64,000 nt of DNA from an uncultured Gemmatimonadales bacterium (GTDB lineage Bacteria > Gemmatimonadota > Gemmatimonadetes > Gemmatimonadales > GWC2-71-9): contig CAWGSK010000007.1 in NCBI GenBank assembly GCA_963825055.1, positions 64,001 to 128,000 on the forward strand. The letters are read 5' to 3'. This document shows, piece after piece, positions 58,879-64,000 of the stretch. The notes beneath the pieces are model-generated. The model saw nothing but the letters and a program-made list of their open reading frames with translations. It did not search any database and was not told the origin of the DNA. A program made the translations under genes and the position numbers. Every line of letters begins with the position of its first letter. Positions within the stretch are counted from its first letter, which is position 1.

Positions 58879-58984
58879 CAGGGAGTAGGGAGCAGGGCGC
58901 AGGGCTTGGGCGAGAGGCACCGGCTCTGCTGGCGACGGTGCCCCCCCTGAAACACCAGTCACTAGTCACCAGTCACCAGTCAGT
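58879..58984. repeat. Two heptamer arrays between convergent genes: YAGGG(A/C)G x4 (58879-58906) and CACCAGT x4 (58953-58984)
   Basis: Read directly. Confidence 0.8.
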
Positions 58985-59004
58985 CCCTCCACGCCGAACA
59001 CTCG

Positions 59005-61284
59005 TCAGGCCCGCAGGATCTGATCGGCGGCGTGCCGCAGACTCCGCATGTTGAGGGGCTTGGGAAGGATGGTGACGGGGGTGGAGCCCGGGTCGGGGGC
59101 ATCGCCGACCAGCAGGAGTCGGCCGGCCTGCGCGGGCAGGCGCCGGGCGAGCAGGGCGTGGAAGGGGACCCCATCTCCCCCGCAGGCCGCGGTGTCGGCG
59201 ATAATGAGGTCGTGCGGATGCTCCTGAAGGTATTCCAGGGCCGATTGTGTGTCGCTCATGCCTTCCACGCGATGGCCCTGTGCCTCGAAGAGGTCGGTCA
59301 CGGCGTCCCGGATCGCGGCGTCGGTATCGAGCACCAGGATTCTTCGGGGGGAGCCGTTGCTCCTTCGGGCGCGGGGAGCCGTGTCCGGTGGCAGGGCGGG
59401 GAGGGTGATGGTGAACGAGGCGCCGCCCATCGGGGAGGGACTGAATGACAGGTGGCCGCCGTTTGCCTCGATGATCCCGTAGCTGATGGAGAGCCCGAGC
59501 CCCGTGCCCTGGCCGGGCTCCTTGGTGGTGAAGAACGGCGTGAAGAGCTTGGCCTGGAGTTCGGCGGGCACGCCGGGGCCGTTGTCCTCCACCCGCAGCC
59601 GGGCACGGTCGCCCTCGAGGGCGGCGGTCAGGCGGATCCGCCCCGACCCGGCCCGCCGTTCGTTGAGCGCATGGGCGGCGTTCGTGACGAGGTTCAGCAG
59701 GACCTGCTGCAGTTCGTAGGGGTCAGCCAGGGTGAGGGTCTCCGCGGGGCTCAGTTCGCGCTCGAGCGTGATCTGCCGCATGTGCATGTCGTTCTGGCAC
59801 AACTCGCAGGTGCGGATGAGCAGCTCGTTGAGGTCGATCCGGGTTTTCTCGGTGCTGCCCTGGCGAGCGAACGTGAGGAGGTTCCGCACGATCCGGCCGG
59901 CGCGGGACGCCTGGTGGTGGATGACGTCGAGGTGCTCATGGTTCGGGTCGCCCTCCGGGACCCGCTCAAGCAGGAATTCGGCAAGGCCGATGATCGAAGT
60001 GAGCGGATTATTCAATTCGTGGGCGACGCCCGAGACGAGCTGCCCAACCGTGGCCATCTTCTCGTTGTGGATGAGCTGGCTCTCGAGCTTGCGCTGTTCA
60101 GTGACGTCCTCGATCAGGAGGACCACCGAGCTCTCCCACGTGCTGTCGGGGATCGGGGCGGCGGTGAGGCGGAGCACGAGGCGAAGATCTTCGAGCCGGG
60201 TGAGCACCGGCGCGGTGCGTTCCCCGCTGCGCGCGCTGCGGAGCAGGTCCCGGGCAGCCTCGGTGGCACCAATGGCCGTCTCGGTGAAGAGGTGGTCGAT
60301 GAGGGAGCGTGTCTCCACCCGGAGCAGGCGGCCGAGGGCGTGGTTGGCCCGGCTGACCCGGCCCTCCGCGTTCACCACCACGATTCCCTCGTTCAGCGCG
60401 TCAAACGTCGTTTCCCACTCCTCCTTTGCCCGGTGCACGAGCGCGAAGAAGCGACTGTTGGCCAGGACCACCGCCGCCTGGGTCGCCACGGTGGAGAGCA
60501 GCTGGAGGTCATGGAGGGTGAATGTGCCGGTCTTCCGGTCGGTCACCGCGAGGATGCCCATGGTCTCGCCGTGGGCGCGCAGGGGGATCGCGGCCGCGGA
60601 GCGGATGGGCACTCCGGGCAGCAGCTCCACCCCGTGGCCCGTGTCCGTGGCGGACTCGATCCGGCCCCGGCGGATGGCGTCTTCCATGAGGCGGGATTCG
60701 CCGATGTCCATCGTGCGCCCGCGCAATGTCTCGAGGGGCCCCTCCGCGGACACGATCCGCAGGTCGCCGGTGTCCTCCTGGAGCAGGGCGACCAGGGCGC
60801 CTTCCGCCTGGAGGAAGCGCTGGGCGTATCGCACGACCTGGTCCAGGATGCGATCGGGCTGGAGCGATTCGGAAAGCACGTAACTGAGTTCCTGCATGGT
60901 GAACAGCTCGTGAATGCGCCGGTCGAGCTGTCGGGCAACCTCCTCGCGTTCGCGAATCAGGCCGGCCATCCCGCGCCGGGCGTCGCCGAGCAGGATTCCC
61001 ATGCCGGTGAGCAGGGTGATGGCCGCGACCGCCACCAGCGGGGCCATGACCGGCTCGCCGAACCAGGCCAGCAGCGCCAGTGCCGCTACACCGGAACGCA
61101 TCGCCAGCTCTGCCCCCGCAGCGCGAGTGACAAGGAGCGCCACGGTCATGAGGCCGTAGAGAAAGAGGACGCCACACGCCCAGAGGGGCAGGCCCCCCGT
61201 GAGGTAGCCCAGCACCCCGGCGGTCAAAAAGGCCAGCGGGCCCAGCAGCGTGAGAAGGGTCGTAGTGCGCCTCGCGTAGCTCAG
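59005..61284 (-). CDS. Membrane hybrid histidine kinase: TM, GAF, PAS, HisKA, HATPase, degenerate REC (start CTG 61284 or TTG 61227)
   Basis: AKEEWETTFDAL, EKMATVGQLVSGVAHELNNP and PFFTTKEPGQGTGLGL motifs. Confidence 0.9.
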   Translation of the reverse strand: MSYARRTTTLLTLLGPLAFLTAGVLGYLTGGLPLWACGVLFLYGLMTVALLVTRAAGAELAMRSGVAALALLAWFGEPVMAPLVAVAAITLLTGMGILLGDARRGMAGLIREREEVARQLDRRIHELFTMQELSYVLSESLQPDRILDQVVRYAQRFLQAEGALVALLQEDTGDLRIVSAEGPLETLRGRTMDIGESRLMEDAIRRGRIESATDTGHGVELLPGVPIRSAAAIPLRAHGETMGILAVTDRKTGTFTLHDLQLLSTVATQAAVVLANSRFFALVHRAKEEWETTFDALNEGIVVVNAEGRVSRANHALGRLLRVETRSLIDHLFTETAIGATEAARDLLRSARSGERTAPVLTRLEDLRLVLRLTAAPIPDSTWESSVVLLIEDVTEQRKLESQLIHNEKMATVGQLVSGVAHELNNPLTSIIGLAEFLLERVPEGDPNHEHLDVIHHQASRAGRIVRNLLTFARQGSTEKTRIDLNELLIRTCELCQNDMHMRQITLERELSPAETLTLADPYELQQVLLNLVTNAAHALNERRAGSGRIRLTAALEGDRARLRVEDNGPGVPAELQAKLFTPFFTTKEPGQGTGLGLSISYGIIEANGGHLSFSPSPMGGASFTITLPALPPDTAPRARRSNGSPRRILVLDTDAAIRDAVTDLFEAQGHRVEGMSDTQSALEYLQEHPHDLIIADTAACGGDGVPFHALLARRLPAQAGRLLLVGDAPDPGSTPVTILPKPLNMRSLRHAADQILRA

Positions 61285-62129
61285 GGCATGTCCTCCTCGC
61301 CTCGACGGCCGACGCGCTCCGTGACGAACGCCTCCGGGGGCGCGTTGGGCTTCACCCGAACGGACTTGGCCGGAATACCGACGTTCACATGGTAGGGCCG
61401 GACATCCTTGGTGGCGACGGCGACGGCGCCCACCATCCCGTTGGTCCGGACGCGCACGCCGGCCAGGACCGTGGCGTGGTAGGTGATCCGGACGTCGTCC
61501 TCGAGCACCGTGAGCGCGTTGGTAACGTCTTTCTGGTCCACGATGGAGTGCGTATGGCTGTAGATATTGGCGTAGTCGGCAATGCTCACACGGTCGCCGA
61601 GACGGATCCCGCCGCGGTCGTCGAGGAGCACATGCCGGTGGATGACGACGTCATCCCCTGCTTCGAGGTTGTAGCCGAAGGAGAACTCGACGAACTGGAA
61701 GCACTTGAGGTTGCGACCGCAGCGCCGGAAGATGTGCGGTGCCAGCAGGCGCCGGAACTGGACACCGAGGTGCACATGCTGCCCGCCCAGGGGTGAGCGG
61801 TCGAAGCTCTGCCAGAGCCAGAGCAGGGGCTTCACGCGCGCGAACCGCTCCTGGTCCACGTCCGAGTAATACTCAGGCTCCAGGGTGATGTTGCGCGGAT
61901 CGAGCGCGAGGAGGGAGGCCCGGCTGGCCAGCGGCAGGCTCTCATCGGCAACCATCGCCTCCCAGTCGGTGTGCCCCGGGTGGTAGATCGCGAAGAGGAT
62001 GTCGCGAGTCAGGCGGTTCCAGTCGGCATCCGTCGCAGTGAGGCGCTCCTCGACGCGTTCCAGCCAGTCCTGGTACACACGGTCGGTTCCGGCGGGAACA
62101 TCGACGGAACGCAGCGGAAGCAGGGCCAA
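61281..62129 (-). CDS. Hexapeptide-repeat acyltransferase
   Basis: Left-handed beta-helix repeats (AGDDVVIH, LGDRVSIA, LEDDVRIT); VGIPAK; TTG at 62129 with AAGGA RBS. Confidence 0.85.
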   Translation of the reverse strand: MALLPLRSVDVPAGTDRVYQDWLERVEERLTATDADWNRLTRDILFAIYHPGHTDWEAMVADESLPLASRASLLALDPRNITLEPEYYSDVDQERFARVKPLLWLWQSFDRSPLGGQHVHLGVQFRRLLAPHIFRRCGRNLKCFQFVEFSFGYNLEAGDDVVIHRHVLLDDRGGIRLGDRVSIADYANIYSHTHSIVDQKDVTNALTVLEDDVRITYHATVLAGVRVRTNGMVGAVAVATKDVRPYHVNVGIPAKSVRVKPNAPPEAFVTERVGRRGEEDMP

Positions 62130-62202
62130 TGGTGGTTCCTTGGTCGGCGGAATCCAATGTGACCGAATCCATTGCGGACGGCAACGCTCACACTCTATCA
62201 CA

Positions 62203-62234
62203 TGAGAAGAATTCTCAACTGGTAATAAATATCA
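62203..62234. promoter_or_regulatory. Two tandem Fur-box-like 7-1-7 sites
   Basis: TGAGAAG-A-ATTCTCA (62203-62217) and TGGTAAT-A-AATATCA (62220-62234) versus consensus TGATAAT-N-ATTATCA, in a rare AT-rich patch. Confidence 0.65.
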
Positions 62235-62245
62235 TCTAAGGACCC

Positions 62246-63385
62246 GTGATGCGCCGCAGGCCAGCTCCCGTCAGTTTCGTCCCCGCTTCCGTCATCCTGC
62301 TCCTTCTGCCCGTTGTCGCCCAGGCCCAGCAGTCCACCACGATCGGTGGTTACGGCGAGGTGCACTACCTCAATGCCACGGGGCCAGGCACCCCCGGCGA
62401 GGTAAACGTCAAACGGATGGTGCTCTATCTCGCGCACAGCTTCTCCGACCGGATCGCGTTCCGCTCCGAACTGGAGATCGAAGACGCCCGGATCGAGGGC
62501 GGGGGGGCAGGGGGCGAGGTGGCGCTGGAGCAGGCCTACCTGGACTACAGGTTCGACGACGCATTCACGCTTCGAACCGGACTCATCCTTGTACCGGTCG
62601 GGATCATTAACGAGACGCACGAGCCGCCCTCGTTCAATGGCGTCCAGCGTCCCGCGTTCGACCACGACCTCCTGCCCACCACCTGGCGCGAGATCGGCGT
62701 CGGGCGCCGTCGGTCGACTGGGGCAGGGTGGGGTGAATTATAAGGTCTACCTGATGAATGGGCTCATCGCCGAGTCTTTCTCCGCCTCGGAGGGCATCCG
62801 GGGAGGCCGCCAGGAAGGCCAGGAGGCCACGTTTGCGAATCCGTCGATCACGGGACGGCTAGAGTGGGTACGACCCGGCCTTCGAGTCGGCGGCTCGTTC
62901 TGGTACGGGGGCTCCGCCGCGCAGGACCCGGCCCTCGGCGACGGGACCTTTGACGTGCCGGTCACCGTGCTCTCTACCGACGTGCGCTTCGATCGGGGAC
63001 CCTTCGCCGGGCGGGCCGTGCTCGCACGGATCAGCATCGGCGACGTGGACCGGGTCAATGCGACCTTCGGCAACGACGTGGGCCGCCGCATGCTGGGCGG
63101 CTATCGTCGAGGGAAGCTACAACGTGCTGGCGCAGCCTCGTCCCGGCCTCGGAGCAGCGGCTCGATGTCGTTCGTACGCCATGAGCGCTTCGACACCCAG
63201 CAGGACGTTCCGGCCGGCGACCATCGGCGGACGGCGGTCAACGACCGCCGCATGACCACCACCGGCCTGACCTGGCGCCCGCTCTATAACGTGGCCCTCA
63301 AGGCCGACTACCAGTGGCGGCGTAATGCGGCCGGGCACCGGCGGAGGACGAGGTCCTCGGCCTCGGCATGGGCTTCAGTTTCTGA
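62246..63385 (+). CDS. Outer-membrane porin-like beta-barrel (multiple frameshifts)
   Basis: Signal peptide; IGGYGEVHY, GEVALEQAYLDY and VPVGIINETHEP; continuation in other frames to LKADYQ and a Phe-ending terminus near 63385. Confidence 0.75.
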
Positions 63386-63888
63386 TGCGGCTAGCGCCGG
63401 TTTGGCACTGCTGCTGGCATCCTGATCTACGACCGGCGCGGCGTCGGCGCAGGAGGTACCGGCGGCTCGCCTCGAGGCCTCGGTGCAGCGCATGTTTGGC
63501 AACGGGGGCACGAACGGACACGGCGCTGGTGCACGCGACGCCCGTGCTCCGGATCTCGAGAGCCGAGATTCCCTCGCGGGGTTCGCCCTGGTGCGCGACG
63601 TGAAAGGCAAGGATCTGCCCGATCACCTTCCTCGTCGCGGTGGAAACCGCCGGGCAAGGTCCGTGAGTGTGGACGTGCTGATGACGGGGCGCGGTACGGA
63701 GGCGAGGTGGCGTACGAGCACTGGCGCCGGCAGTTCAGCGGTGCGCGACCGCGGCGGATCCGCTCCGCGTGGGCCGGGAAATGCGCGGAATCTCCGGCGC
63801 CACGATCAGCGTGCACGCCGTGACCCTCGGTGTGCGCGCTGCGCTGGACAGCCTGGCGCAGTGGCGAGCGGACGGGGCGTTGCGATGA
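63385..63888 (+). CDS. FMN-binding domain protein (heavily frameshifted)
   Basis: Fragments VRDVKGKD, ITFLVAV, WRRQF and ISGATISVHAVTLGV (63790 onward). Confidence 0.6.
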
Positions 63889-64000
63889 ACGACCTCTGGC
63901 GGCTGACCTGGTATCACCTGCCCCGTACGGTTCGGACGCTCGCGCGCTGGCTCACCCTGGTGCAGGTGCTCGGCTACACGGCCGCGCTCGCATTCGTCTA
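63885..64000 (+). CDS. Membrane protein, N-terminal part (truncated by window edge)
   Basis: ATGA overlap; MNDLWRLTWYHLPRTVRTLARWLTLVQVLGYTAALAFV. Confidence 0.5.
   Translation, partial: MNDLWRLTWYHLPRTVRTLARWLTLVQVLGYTAALAFV

Noticed and set aside
62700..63800. Genuine pseudogene decay of the porin and FMN-binding genes
   Set aside because: Dense indels with otherwise intact motifs fit low-coverage consensus error; this cannot be settled without reads.

Overview
GC-rich bacterial chromosomal window. Gene content and style suggest Gemmatimonadota (inference only). About 58 genes. Housekeeping: guaB end, nrnA, mrp, purD, mutM, a cystathionine gamma-synthase/lyase, glmM-glmS, dtd, maf, trpE. 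Also present: a late menaquinone cluster (menG, ubiD-, ubiA- and ubiX-like), an ECF sigma/anti-sigma envelope cluster, a TonB-dependent receptor with a GWxTD protein, and several signalling proteins. The main accessory block (about 22.9-37.6 kb) is a low-oxygen respiratory island. It holds a ba3-type (B-family) oxygen reductase, a P1B-5-type ATPase, a DosS-like heme-GAF kinase with an OmpR regulator, a universal stress protein, two small His-bearing membrane proteins and a complete clade II nos cluster (cytochrome c, nosZ, B, L, D, F, Y). A candidate 11-bp-periodic motif sits upstream of three of its transcription units. The most striking non-genic signal is a set of at least ten loci of 7- or 8-bp tandem repeats from several families, all at gene junctions. 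They show consistent polarity: the G-rich strand follows stop codons and the C-rich strand precedes start codons. Some form inverted pairs and some supply a gene's stop codon. Several genes carry single-base frameshifts, densest at the right end, most likely assembly errors. No rRNA, tRNA, CRISPR or transposase was seen. All family calls are from motif recognition by eye; no database search was run.
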